A stretch of DNA of 63,832 nt, counting the filler, from Choristocarpus tenellus KU-1152 (Eukaryota > Protista > Phaeophyceae), in NCBI GenBank assembly GCA_964200185.2. It is 7 parts of 7 records of this genome, joined end to end, with 100 filler letters (N's around TTAATTAATTAA, not from the genome) between each part and the next. Parts side by side here need not be neighbours in the genome. Positions count along the whole stretch, not along the records: positions 12,191 to 15,537 come from CAXNAD020020652.1; positions 15,638 to 29,374 come from CAXNAD020001386.1; 5 more parts are not named here. One strand, given 5' to 3'. The notes beneath the pieces are model-generated. The model searched no databases. It was not told the DNA's origin and worked only from the letters and a program-made list of their open reading frames with translations. This document shows, one piece after another, positions 12,791 to 26,099 of this stretch (position 1 is its first letter; every line of letters begins with the position of its first letter). The translations under genes were made by a program, and so were the position numbers.

Positions 12791-13944
12791 ACTTTGTTTG
12801 AGCCTCGGGCGATTGGTGGGACAACCCTGAGATCCATGATCCTGAACATCCATGCATTACACTTTTCGGAAGTTGTAAATCAGATTCTATCCGAGCCAAA
12901 GTATCTCAGAGGGTAGAACCGCGTCCACTTGGGGGCCCAACATCAATGTTGCGATTTTGATGTAATTTTGGATATCATGTTTGTTAGGAAGTGTCAAAAT
13001 CAATGTTCCGGACACACCTTTTCAGGACTTACACATTTTACCTACTGCGAAACTTTTTGGAGTGGGAAAATGTCATAAAATACACCAGGGGAAGTCAAGG
13101 TTTAAATGGACAAACAGGGCAAAACTCGTACCCTCTAAGATACTTTCACTCATCCGTTATTTCTGTTTAAAAAAAATCCAATTATATCCGTGATTTGAAT
13201 TTTTTAAGGTATCAACCACATATTTAATTGATATTGTACATTTTCAATGTTCCGAAACCAACTTTGTTTGAGCCTCGGGCGATCGGTGGGACCACCCTGA
13301 GATCCATGATCCTGAAAATCCGTGCATTATACTTTTTGGAAGTTGTAAATCAGATTATATCTGTACTTACAAAAAAATAAAATACAAATCACATACTTAA
13401 TTGATATTGTATATTTCCAATGTTCCGAAACCAAATTTGTTTGAGCCTCGGGCGATCGGTGGGACCACCCTGAGATCCATGATCCTGAAAATCCGTGCGT
13501 TATACTTTTTGGAAGTTGTAAATAAGATTATATCCGTAATTACAAATTTTCTAAAATACAAATCACATACTTCATTGATATTGTACCTTTCCAATGTTCC
13601 GAAACCAACTTTGTTTGAGCTCTGGACTATCCGTGGGACCACCCTAGATCCATGATCCTGAAAACCCGTGTATTACGTTTTAGGAAGTTGTAAATCCGAT
13701 TATATCCGTGCTTACAAATTGTTTAAAATACAAAGCACATATTTCATTGATCTTGTACGTTTCCAGCGTTCCGAAACCAGCTTTGCTTGAGTACTGGGCT
13801 ATCCATGGGACCACCCTGAGATCCATGATCCTGAAAATCCGTGTATTACGTTTTAGGAAGTTGTAAATCCGATTATATCCGTACTTACAAATTGTTTAAA
13901 ATGCAAAGCACATACTTCATTGATCTTGTATGTTTCCAATGTTC
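12791..13944. repeat. ~173-bp tandem repeat array (about 4.3 units plus a partial unit split by a MITE)
   Basis: tccgaaacca recurs at 13251, 13424, 13598 and 13770; core ...gggaccaccctgagatccatgatcctgaaaatccgtg...; partial unit at 12791-12892. Confidence 0.92.
12893..13151 (+). mobile_element. MITE family A copy 2, 259 bp, inserted into the 173-bp array
   Basis: GAGCCAAAGTATCTCAGAGGGTA...TACCCTCTAAGATACTTTCACTC flanked by ATCC on both sides; uninterrupted array units carry a single ATCC at this position. Confidence 0.9.
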
Positions 13945-14734
13945 AGTAACAAAAGTAAAAAAAAACTAGCACCCTCTACATTTTTGAAGTACAAAATCTT
14001 ACCAAATTGGACATTTGGATTCTTGTAAATTGTAGAGGAGATAAAAAGTTGTTCTTTGAGTAAAACGGATCCGATCGGATCCGTTTTACTCGTGAACACC
14101 CTAAACACGTGCATTAGGATTTTTTGAAATAGTAAATCCAGTAATAACCGCTCTTACAATTTTTGAAAATACCAAGGACGCACTTTATGGGTCTCACACG
14201 TTTCCAAATTTTAGAAACTAAAAGGACACTTGCAACTGGTACCCACAATTTGTTTAAATACTAAATCCGCTTTTTGGCGACTTTAGTATTCTTAAAAATA
14301 CTAGAGACGACAAAAAAGCGGATCTATGGTAATAAAGATCCGATCTGATCCCGTTTACTGTTGAACACCCAAAACGCGTGCGTTAGGGTTTTTACGAAAT
14401 TAGAATGATATTATAATTCTTACATCAACAAATATAGATACAAACCACATCCTTCATTGATCCAATACGTTTGAAACGTACGAAACGAAAAGTTCCCAAA
14501 AAAACAGCTACTCTCTGTCCCATTTCAATATGAAATCGTATGCTGTTTGATATTCGTATTTTTTATAACACAATTTTCAACAGAAAGACAAATCTGAGTT
14601 TTGAGGACCGACCGACCAGAAGAAATAAAACAGCACCTCCCATCCCTCAGTCCTCATTTCAATTCATTCCCTTCCGTACATACCACGCGGACCTCTTACT
14701 TATCCATCCCCGTCACACCCTCCCAATCTTCGCC

Positions 14735-15174
14735 ATGTCCAGCATTCCCTCAACAACAACCCACCCGCCCGCCAATGGCGCTGCCCACAGATCGAGAACA
14801 TGGGACAGCAATCTCAAGGGCATGTCCTCACTCCTAGAGCATCACTACCTCGGCACGTACCGGATGAAACTCGGCAACATCACATGCACGGAGATGGTGC
14901 ATCCCCTGAGTGAGTGTGGCCTTGCGCGTGTCAGCAAGTCTATACAGGAGAAAGGCTGGCTGGAGCAGTTTGCTCCATCTGTTGTAATCCGGCGAGATTG
15001 TTTAGGTAGTGGGGACCAGCTCAACGCCGAAACTGCGCTAGCCATTCAAGGACGTACAACTGGACGGAAACCATAGAATAACGGTGCTGAAGAGAGAGTT
15101 TGATCCCGACAGAGCTTTCATGATGCGGATCTACATGGAGTTCAACCAAGCAGAAGAGAGGCTAATTGTCAACG
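14735..15174 (+). pseudogene. ParB/Sulfiredoxin-like domain exon with a +1 frameshift
   Basis: ATG in cgccATGt; ...LSECGLARVSKSIQEKGWLEQFAPSVVI...; removing one A near 15058 continues as LDGNHRITVLKREF...EERLIVN to a G|gtgggt donor. DGNHR fits the ParB/Srx GxxR motif. Confidence 0.55.
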
Positions 15175-15187
15175 GTGGGTGATGGTG

Positions 15188-15414
15188 TGTTTTCATTGTT
15201 CCATGATCGCCTGACCATTCTGATCAACTAAGCAACAAAGTAAGTTTAGTGTTTTCGTTGATCCATAATCGCCTGATGACTATTGCCATCAAGTAAGCAA
15301 CAAAGTAAGTTGATAATCATCACGTTATTCCATGATCGCCTGACCATTCTGATCAACTAAGCAACAAAGTAAGTTGAGTGTTTTCATTGTTCCATGATCG
15401 CCTGATGACTATTC
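15188..15414. repeat. ~60-65 bp tandem repeat, about 3.5 units with alternating variants
   Basis: ccatgatcgcctga...taagcaacaaagtaagtt recurs directly. Confidence 0.85.
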
Positions 15415-15425
15415 TAATGTACAAA

Positions 15426-15537
15426 GAGTCAAAGTATCTTAGAGGGTAGGGCCGCGTCCATTTGGGGACTAAAATCTAAAGTTGCGATTTTGATGAAATT
15501 TTGACTATTGTGTTTGTTTGGAAGTGTCAATATCCTT
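15426..15537 (+). mobile_element. MITE family A copy 3, truncated by the contig end
   Basis: GAGTCAAAGTATCTTAGAGGGTAG..gcgtccatttgggg..gttgcgattttgatg matches the left half of copies 2 and 4. Confidence 0.85.
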
Positions 15538-15637
15538 NNNNNNNNNNNNNNNNNNNNNNNNNNNNNNNNNNNNNNNNNNNNTTAATTAATTAANNNNNNN
15601 NNNNNNNNNNNNNNNNNNNNNNNNNNNNNNNNNNNNN
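15538..15637. other. Artificial contig spacer
   Basis: N44-TTAATTAATTAA-N44. Confidence 0.97.
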
Positions 15638-15699
15638 TAATAGGACCACCTCTATATAAGGCGCAACAAATATCTTTCATGCACATGAGCGCAACTCCT

Positions 15700-16470
15700 A
15701 GCTACTAGGCAGGGTCATTATCTCCCAGCTTTCAACATTCAAGAAAAGCACGAGCAGGAAATAGAAGTGCCTGACAGCAGAGATATCTTGGGTGGCAATA
15801 GACGTAGGAGTCCCTGAGGCTGTTGAGGGGCTATGCCAGAAATGTTTGGCTACATATTTCTTTGTGATTTGTGTGCAGATTGTCGTGCAGATTTCTATCG
15901 TGAGCTTCATCCTACTGGAACGACATTACATCTCGGTCAGGATGACTCTGTTACTCGAGCTGCACAGATCCATTGAAATTTTCTGATCAATCAAGCGGAT
16001 CCATCAATTGTCGTACGACCTCAGCGACATCTGTAGTTATTGCCGCCCACGATGCCACAATGCCTGTGCCACTGTATTACGTTTTCCAACCAAAAAGCAC
16101 CCAATGAGTGGGCTATGTTGATTAGGGGACCCTTCCCTCAATAATCTTGCGTATACGCCACGCTACTGACTATATTTTTACCACTATTTGGTATACATTG
16201 TTAAGCAAAATGGTGAGTCCTTCTCCAATCAGGGACTCGCGCTCATCTTGTGGAATAGGTATTATTCCAATGGATATACATGATAAGATGGAACAGAGTC
16301 CTTGTGGCAGATTCCATGCCTATTTATTTCATGCCCTCCATGTTTGCCGAGGGGATCCCTCATGCTTTCTGCCAACTTATCGCTTCCTTATCGCTTGACG
16401 TCTGTCAGTGTTCCTAGTCCATAGGTGGCTCAACATATGATATCGGGGGTTTTGGCACAAAATATCACTC
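15700..16470 (-). pseudogene. Highly decayed Copia-like integrase/RT remnant
   Basis: Fragments such as KKYVAKHFWH (cf. KARLVAKGF.Q), FLNV and NLPQGL..YI; many disruptions. Confidence 0.3.
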
Positions 16471-16580
16471 AGTCAGACACAGTAGAAGTGAAAAGAGTAA
16501 AGCATATGTATTCTGCTCAGTATGTGTATCCCATCTGTGCTGACTATCAGTGAAGGGGTGATGGGTGTGACGAAAACAAT

Positions 16581-16783
16581 ATTATCTGTTATACTTCCAG
16601 GATCATTAGTAAATAATTTAAATGTAGGTGGTCTTGTTTTAGTTTGAGTTATATATTTAATCCTTACTCTGCGGCCTAACTTTCTTTGAATAGGAAGAGG
16701 ATGCCTTTCAAGTGCAAATGAAAGCCAATCATTTAGCTTACTGGTTGAGATTTTTTTGTTCCAGAGCTTATATATATCTATAT
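16581..16783 (-). pseudogene. der: Fragment of bacterial ribosome-biogenesis GTPase Der/EngA (C-terminal KH-like domain), Rickettsiaceae-like
   Basis: Uninterrupted IDIYKLWNKKISTSKLNDWLSFALERHPLPIQRKLGRRVRIKYITQTKTRPPTFKLFTNDPGSITD; WNKKI.TSKLN.WL, HPLP and KY.TQTKTRPPTFKLF match Rickettsia-type Der as I recall it. Hand count 63/200 G+C (about 31.5%). Similarity stops abruptly at both ends. Confidence 0.8.
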
Positions 16784-19700
16784 ACTCGACTTCTGGTCTA
16801 ATGTGACATTTTTGGGACATAATCGAACAATCGTTTTCCTCTCAGCTTCACAGAAAGAATGAAGAAACGAACTGAATAATATGTATTGTGTAAATAACTA
16901 AATCAAGACAGTGCTGTAGTAGATTCAGAAAGGATGTTTGTATTGTGGAAGTGGTTGTACCTGAAAGTAGATATAACATATGCACATTCGCATGCCTTTA
17001 TCCACTTTACCATGCGGTTAGTTAACTATTGACTTGAATACTCCATTTTTTTTCATGCCTAGGTGTCTCACACTTTTCCCTTGATATTCGAAGGAAGGAG
17101 CTATCTGTTCTGCAGTTCCTGCAAAACTGATGTGTGTATACACCAAATCATGAACCCCCTGTTACTCACAACCACACATGATGTATCGCAGAATGTGTCG
17201 TGAAAACACAAGTATATACTACTACAACTACTGAAGCACTACTCGTACACCCTTAGCGGCGGTATCACCACTTTTTTCATGAGCAGGTCAGCCTTAATTT
17301 AGGAAGAGATGGATGAAACTGGTGTCCATACCCTGTTTCAATGAGGTCTGGCACAAGGAGAGGCCCAAGATCTGCCTTTGCATTAATCACAGGGTGTATG
17401 CTACAATTTTCGACACATGAACGGAAAATATGAAGCTCTTGCATGTCACTATTGGCTTCAAGCTTACTCAGAGCATGGAAGCGAGAGTAGTACTGGTTGT
17501 TGAAGGCATGGAGGACCACGATAATTAGGTGGGAAACCAAAGCCATCTACGACAATGACGCATACTCTTTTGCGATGGTCACAATACAAATGTGAACACG
17601 ACCATGGTTCCTGCCAGCTCTCTGTCCATATTGTGTATCATCGCTATATATTCAACAACAACCACCACTTCGATTAATCAGTTATAGCATGTTTGGTATG
17701 GAGGCAGTGCAACCTTCTCCCTTAGCTGGCCAAACCACTCCCATAATACATCCTGCATTTCATTGTATGTGTATGTTACAACTCCTAACTGAACTGTATG
17801 TATTCGCGACGGAATGTTTAGGAGGGGAATGTATATAAACTGAATGAATATTTCCACAATCTTTTTTTCCCTTCCATATTAGAGAAGATAGTCCATGCTT
17901 TACCACTGTATCTCCCTTACGGAATTATATAGATTTCAAGCTACGACTAGCTGGTCATGTTGAAGACTTGACCAGATGGGGATCTACCGGATGCATCGAA
18001 ATCGTGACCTTTCCATGTACCCAGATGTATGTTTTAGTATCTCATCCCTGATCAAGGCGAAGTGGCACAGATTTGGTTTCCACCAATTCTATGTTAGCTA
18101 AAATTGCTAAATTGTGACACACCCTCACTAAAAAAAACTAGTAGCACTGCATCTTTCGTACTATCCAGATATTCTTGTCTACACAACTGTCATTACTAAC
18201 AGCATTCTCTTCTGATAGACTTCTTTTCTTTCAATGACCATGTCAGTTTCTTTTTGAACGCACTCTTTCTTCCATTTCCCATATATGCACATCAGGTACC
18301 ATAGGGGGGGATGATTGATAGCCACCTTCCAACCAAAGCATACTATTATAATGCCCTTCTTTTAGAAGATATGCCTCAAGATCTTTTTCCTCATAGACAT
18401 CAGCATTGCTTCCTGATGAGGCCAGCATCGGTTTGTTTGGGTGGAGCTCACAACCCTCAATTTTGGTTTTCCTTGTTGACTCCTTCCTTGAGAGGCTTTC
18501 TGAGGTTGCTCATCCTCCTCCCTTGTCTCTCTTCCTTCCGTTCCTTAAGTGGGTTTGTTCCCTCCCCTTCAGTCTTAAGAACCTGTCTGCCTCATTGTCC
18601 TGGCGATTACATAGTGTTGCATATGTGTCTTTGTCATCAGTGTTGTGGGTATAACATAGTGTTGAGTGTATTATCCAAGGTACAGCAATACTATTTCTCA
18701 GTTGGCATTGGTTCACGAATACAACAAAGGCAATTCTTCCACGAAGAGGACGTACATAGTTCGATATGTCGTAAGCTACTCCCAAGCATTTACTGGAAGA
18801 AAAAAAAACTAAGGACACTAATTAGAGATGAAAAAAAGTACTCTTGATTGGAGTACTTTGAAGTGCGAGGTATACATTATTTGAATGTATTGATTATGGT
18901 ACTGAATAATGAAGTTCACGTACTCACGGTTGAATACAAGAAAATGTCAAATAGGACCCAAGCGATTTCGTCAAAACGGATCCCCCATCCTGTGTCACCC
19001 TTGTTGTTGGCTTGACTAAGCCCACTTGACAATAAAGTATGAATCTTACATTCGATGACTATTATGCAGGTGGGCCCTGCACTTGGGACTACGTTAATCT
19101 AACATCTGAAGAAAGGAAGGTCAAGTAAGAGGAGAGGGCCAACATGATGGAGGGACCCAAAAGAAAAATAGTATGTTGCCTAAGCCTTCCCAAGGTTATG
19201 ATCTTGACACAAGGTGGGAGTGCACTAGTGGAGTGACGGCAACTTGCACCAAACTACACAAGAGGCAGGTCCCACTCCACGATCTGGAGGCAACCAAGGA
19301 GACCCAGCGAAACATGAAAATGGAGAAACTGTAAAAATTGAGGTCCATCTCTAATGACGGAGCAACTTGTGCCTAAAACGCACATGTTGTATTTGTATAG
19401 TATCACCACAAATCCATTGTCCTTGGTCCTTTTTCGCCTTCAATCAGTCGCCACTTCCTTTAATCACCTCAACCTCTCATTGCCCGTGTCCTATGATGCA
19501 GTATGCACTTCGTACTACATTCTAGTCCTTCGTGTACTTCACTATGTCTGATGAGTATTTTGTCACAAAGCAAAATACTCCCATTCGTTAAAACCTGCTT
19601 GCCGTGTCGAAGTGAGAAAGGTAGTCAGCGAAGGACGTCAGGGCTTGGACTAGAGACGTCTATTGTTTTTACCTCTTATTTTTCCAATTGCCAGTAGGTA

Positions 19701-21699
19701 TCGGATACCCCCTCCCCCCTATATTCCAAAAAAAATATTATTTTCTCGTCGATAACATACGTTTATCTTTCAAGCAGTATTGTACGCAAGGTCCTATTCT
19801 ATGTCAACATCCTAGTCATTGCGGACGTGAGGCTTAAGTGTGTGTATACAGTATATGCTGTACGTATATTTGATATTGTGCGTTGAGGCTTACAAGTTTG
19901 TCATCATTCGTGGTATTCATTCGTGCTACTATTTTGTAGAAAATTTTCAGGCATATGCATAACATACAATTTAAATACGTACCATTTCGCTGTCTATTTC
20001 ATGCACACCAGCCATCTTATACATGGTTGTTATCATTAGAGGGCATTTCTATCTACAAACCCTAACCCTCTTAGCTTCGTGTTTTTATGTTGGTTTCTAG
20101 ATTGTGCGTCTGGGTATATATTCGACAACGGACATACATACTGCATACTCAATGTGGTGGGTAATTCTCCTTCCTTCTAAGTTCTGTATGGAATGAGAAA
20201 ACTGCCTGTCATCTCAAATTACCACAATATCTACTCTCTACAACACAAGGATACTAAGAACACACAGTCTACCTCGCACACATATAATGAGTGATTGATA
20301 GCGCCACTCATAGGCATTGGTATTGGCGATCAATCATAGAAGATTACTTCAAAAACATCTCAATTCTTTTCCATACACACTGCATCAACGTGAGATATTT
20401 TTGAATATTTATTCGTTGTTGTTGATCTTGTTCCTATCATTATTAGAGTCACTTATAAGAATAGACAATTGTAGAGATACAGCCCGTTGTGGGATAAACA
20501 CATTTCCACCTTAATACATCCTTTGAGAGAAAGCCAATGCCACACACTGCCATTCACTCCTTGATCACAACACAAATTATCGCAACAATTGTAGAAGTAA
20601 AAAAACTTGACCCTGAAACTGATGCTTACATACATCAATACAAACAAGTCGTACTTGCCTTGTCAGAAAATAATGCTTGTTTGTTGAACTGTTTATAGAA
20701 GGACGCTTGGCAGAAACAACTCAGCAGAAAATGATGATGCATCCTCGGGGTGTGTGCCCTCGAAACCTCGGTTTCCAATAACTTGACCCTACTTTTCCAA
20801 AAATTCCAGTGTTCACTACATAATGTTGTACAATATGTAGTGGGATAGAGCAGAAACGCAAGGTACCAGGGGGGGGGTGAAAAGTTGTAAGACAGCCATC
20901 CAAATAACTATTTTCTGTGAGGGTGAGGTGAGACATTTCTAACTAATGTCAAATGCAGTCATTTTCACACATTTTACTGTATTTACCCAAATACTAATTT
21001 TTTTAAAAGGTCAGTTTTATCACCCGTGGAATGGTGGAAGCATTGGTTGTGAGTCCCCTTAACCAGTATCGCCGCAATACGGAAAATCCACCATGTACAT
21101 CTTTTTGTGGGGTACCCCCCCCCCTGTCTTGAGATTCTCCTGTTTTTACAAACGGGTTGACGTTTCCTACATTACTGAAATAAACTCTCTTCGGAAAAAA
21201 AGCATCTGATCAAAAGAGTGTAAAATAGTGTTGTATAAGGAATAATGTGCTGTTAAGAGAGTCAACACGTTGAGGGATGCAGCAAACATCAATCAGTCAT
21301 CTAAATTACAACATGACCATGACGGGGGCCATTTAACTATATAGTACAATCGTTACACAGCAAGATATAATTTTAAAGATCCAGATTTTTATCCTCCATA
21401 GGTGGTCACTATACTATACATGTATGAGGACTCAACAAGGTTAGGGATAATCTCTGATTGACAGTTATCATGGGACTAGCCCCTATTTTTGCTCGTTGTT
21501 CCAAGCCCCACCCTTAGAACTGCTTCTACAAGAATGAAAAAATGAGCTCATGTGACAGCATAGCATATAGGGGCATCGTGGGCGGCAATAGAAACAAAGG
21601 TCACCACGGTGATAGTCTGGAAACTAAAGGGTCGGGCCGATATCATCCAATAATCCATGCCTGTGTGCACCAAGTGAGTCATGTTCCAAGTATCATATT

Positions 21700-24200
21700 G
21701 ATTCCATCTCAGTAAGATGGAAACTCAGTGTGTGGAAGGAAGGCAATCCACTTATTGCACAAATTCGAAATGGAAGATTGATTGTATCGACACAAGTCCT
21801 TGTCCAGCAACCTTGGTGACTCCTGTGTCTATTGCTGGTCACAATGTCTCGTTTGTAATGTGTCCTTGTGTATATATTCACTATTCCAAGTCCCACCCAG
21901 TGCGCTACCCAAAAAAATGAATGCAATGTAACATGTCATGTACAACCCTTCCAGGCAGGAATATAAACAAAAACGTCACCACCCTGACACCCTGACAAAC
22001 TAATGGTTAGGTCACAAACATCCAACTATCCATGCCTCGGCGCACCAAGTGAGTCCTGCTACAAACTATCCCATCGATCCCACCTCTATGCGACGACATC
22101 TTTTGTCGGATGAAATGTACCCCACTATGCACAAAAAAGTACTGAAGAATGCTGTATTTCCGCAGAACTTGCTCACTTGACAACTTGGTGGACTCTTGTT
22201 CCCATATGCTCCTCGTCACAATCTCTCTAATCATAAGTTGGTGTACATTACTCTCCCCCTAGAGAGCAGCACCACTGTAGGTGATCCTACCAGTTAGTGT
22301 AGGCGGGTCTTGAAGGTACTGTCGCAAAATTGAATAAAAAAATATGGTCCATGAGACAAATTGACTCTCTGACAACCGGCACAGCTAACTCTGCAATGGT
22401 AGGAAAATAATCTTCTGAAGGACTCGCACAAAGATTAACTCACTCCCGGTGGTTTGTTGATGTCTAAAGACGAACAACGTCCATGGGACTGCGGAGGCTT
22501 CATCTTTTGGAAATCTGTGTTAGTTGCAGAATGGAGCAAACAAGGAACAAAGTTTGTCAGCTTGAGAAGAAAGCCAGATATATCAATAAACGTTTGAGAT
22601 TATAATATGTAAACTCTTTTTCCACAACAACTAGGTATGGGATATGATACGATTCATGACCTCATAAAAGACCTTTTTAAGTCCATTTCTATATTGACTC
22701 CATTGTCTACAATGACGCTTGCATGTACTACGTAGAGTCTGGTATGGACACCAGCAGCACCATCGTTCATCACTTGAATGACATACTTATATCTGTACGT
22801 GGTGCTATAGGAACGATTTTGAGGATCGAAGAGGGCAGGGTCAAAGGAAGTTGTGGCAGCAGTCTCAACATGGTTACGTCTCTTTCTACAGAGGGTGAAG
22901 GGAGAAAGAAAGATCTAGAACTAATTCTATTGGATTTAAAATAGCGATGTAATGACTATTCTCCCCCTGAATGTACAGAACTTCCAAGCTTAGATGGCAG
23001 GCAAATGGTTACAGCATACAAGGAGAGGAGTCATGCACTCCAGACACTCTCCTTACTTATTGGATGTTGTAGAGGATCTCAAGAGGTGTGAAACCTATGC
23101 AGGGGATCTCCAGAATGATCAACTGATTACTGTTAGTGCATTAATAGGGAAGGCGCCATACTCATTCTTGAATTAGAACAGGGAGATATAACTCATTCAC
23201 TGGGCAATGACTTGGGGAAAGAGAAGGCAAAGGTGTAGTACTTGCAGAGGTGGAGACATTTCTGGGTGGGAGATATCTGACCTATCACACATCCTTTAAC
23301 ATGTTGGTGAGGATTATTGGTCAACTTTGCAATACTCTGGAGTTTCACGTATAAATTTCCCCTTGTCTTCCTCTTCCTTACTGTCCTGCCCTAGTCTTAT
23401 TGACAAAAACGAAGACATTATTACAAGAAGTACCTTGAACCACTTTATCATTGGATAATCTCGACAGATACTATTATTCTTGGGTGTATGAATGTGCACA
23501 GGGTCCTGTCCAATATTGAGATACCACTGTTCGACCAGGATAGATTGTCCCGCCTACAGTACTCAGGACGAATTAACAACATAAGGCGCACGTTCAACTA
23601 CGGAATAAGCAGGAATTTTGCTCGGCACAAGCCTATATAGTGAGGTGCATATTTTAAACACCAGTCGCATTGGCGAGCGCATAAACAATGTACATGGAGC
23701 ACAAGTAGTAAGTGTTGACTCAGGAGTCCATGTACGCTTCCAACGAGTTGCGGTATAGACGTGTGTTACACTACTATCTAATAGGAAAACATCACACAAT
23801 CATATACCGTCTTTGGGGCAGGCAACATATCTTGATACGAGAGGGTGATCTTGAGTTTCAACAAGGATGATGAGGCAACTGGAGGGGGAGAGGTGATGGG
23901 AAAACGGTATCATCCATGCATGAAGCTTGTACTGGCCTGTGTGTCGCACCCAAACGTACTACACAAAATACAATTTGTTATCAATGCTAATCAAGTGGCG
24001 GTAACAAAGAACCTGTGGCTATTCAATCGGGGAAGTCTTGGTGAGCATGTTTGCGACTCACGTACAAAAGAGGAGGCACACATATACCATGTACAATATG
24101 CGCATTGCAGAAATGAGTGTACCTGAGTCATATATTACTGCGATGGTACAAATACAAAGCATCTGTAACAACGAGTGAGAGTCACCGTGTAAGGTTAGAA
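21700..24200 (+). mobile_element. Decayed Gypsy-type LTR retrotransposon pol (RT, RNase H, integrase, possible chromodomain)
   Basis: Ordered remnants: YIDSIVY (~22690), YLQRWRHFWVG..LWSFTYKF (~23240-23360), VHGAQVVSVDSG (~23690), ILLRWYKYKASVTTSE (~24130). Boundaries approximate. Confidence 0.45.
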
Positions 24201-26099
24201 GAGCCGATGGAATGTTCGTACTCGACATTCCTCCTTCTGAGGCATCCTGAAGCACGTCGATGCTGGAGGACCGAGGACCATCAAAGTCACCCCTTATCGA
24301 GAAATATACGTAACACCAGGGCCAAAGGTATCGTAGTACGATGGAGGTCGAACTTTTTATGAGAGGGATATTCATTGGTGTGAGCTATCTTGAGAGTGGA
24401 CTGGACATGGAACGAAAGAAATGGTCCAGCCATAAAGCAGGTGGGCGCTCGGATTTCATGCTGCTGTATTATTCCTGTTTGGAGGCAGATGTGGCGGGAA
24501 AGGATCCGTTCCACCTCGCCTCCAGTCAACCACTTCAGCGAACATTTGCATTGGGAAGAAGCCGGAACCTAGTAAAGTACGAAGGAAAAACTTCTACTAT
24601 ATAGGATCCACCATGGTCGACGCACTATCCATCATGCTAGTACTGCGCTAATGTCATACTTTAGAACATGTGGATTTGTTCCCAGCCTTCGATTTCAAGG
24701 TAAATATTATCAACGTATGCGTCGATCACATATGAAGAATCACAGAAAGTTTGAGAAAGGGCTTTTGCATGGTGATCATACCTCACCTTCCTGGTTGACT
24801 CTCACTTGTAGCAAAATTATCAACCCCAACTCAGGTGGTTGACAACTCCTTTTTGTGACTGGCCTGTATGTTTCGACTTTTGACAGATATTGTGTCCCAC
24901 ACACTATTGTGGGGGTGCCCTTTCAGACAATTTTCGATGTTGTATTTCATTGTCTCATATCCCTAAATTCTGATGGGGGACTGTGTGGGAGTAGGGTATT
25001 GCACAATATACAGTGATACACCAAATCCTCTTTGAGATCATGTGATGCCAAGTATAAAAATGGTTCGAAGATCGCTCGAAAGCGGTAAAATTGGGAATTC
25101 TCTTCTAAGATATATATATATATATAGACAAGTATCAACACAGATATTTTTGAAGTCAATATTCTGAACTGGACTATTTGTTGTATGAAATACTATTACA
25201 CTATTATTGTGGTTAGGGTAAACTCGTTTGAAGGAGCATATTCATACATCCATGTGTTATTTTTAACAGAACCTTTTGAAAAACCCTGAAACCTAAATCT
25301 TGAATTTAATCTTGGACGGGCATCACGAATATGCTTTTATTTTTTAACCCGATGTCTATGTCAAAAGGTATGACGCAATGTAGTGATTTTGGTAGTGGAT
25401 TTTCTTATTGCTGTATAAAAAAACCATAATGAAATTCATTTTGTGCAAACCCTCTAAATCAAAAATACTACATATATTAGATAAGTAAAAAGGAGTGATG
25501 TGGACAACCAACTATCCACTTTCACCAATAAAATTAGTTGGGGGTAGAAAAAAATACAAATCGGGCTTTTTAAGTGTGGGGTAATCATCCAAAGTTGATG
25601 TTATAATTAGAGGAAGAGAAGGGGGTTTTCCAGATTAGTTGGGGGTGTAGTAGTATTGTTCTATTTAGTTCAAAGAACACATCTATATTAATATTCAATA
25701 ACTTTCATGGTTGATTTATATAGTATATTCCTCAATTTGATATCTGATTCGAGTCGGTGGAAATTGAGGATTTTCCAGATTCGCTTGAAACGAACAGTCC
25801 AAATAGAATAATAAGACAATAACGTTGGTAGCAAAATAAGATTCGAAAATGGCATACATATTTTGATATTTTTTGAACAATGTTGTGATGGAGAGTATTG
25901 TGGATATTAATGGCTGAATATGGTATCCATTCATACATGATATCGTTATAATTGTTCTGAATCTCTCTCTTGTATTTTTCAGGGATCTCAGTTGGATAGC
26001 TACGAAACTACAAGACAATGTCACAAGAACATATAGTTCGAACCAACGTCTAAATTTTCTATGTCCGTCACAAGGACCTCCAGAGTATGGGCTTCATAT

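Noticed and set aside
12791-13944. 173-bp array (and the 15188-15414 array) as CRISPR
   Set aside because: Units are similar along their whole length with no unique spacers; no cas genes; eukaryotic context.
16473-16820. 115-aa ORF as a functional der gene
   Set aside because: Only the central ~67 codons resemble Der; both GTPase domains and the true C-terminus are absent.
17390-17640. Copia RNase H remnant (KYEALA...IYDND), and similar faint TE traces at ~5400-5600, ~6620-6930, ~53800-54400 and ~60200-61100
   Set aside because: Motif similarity is too weak to support by eye without a profile search.
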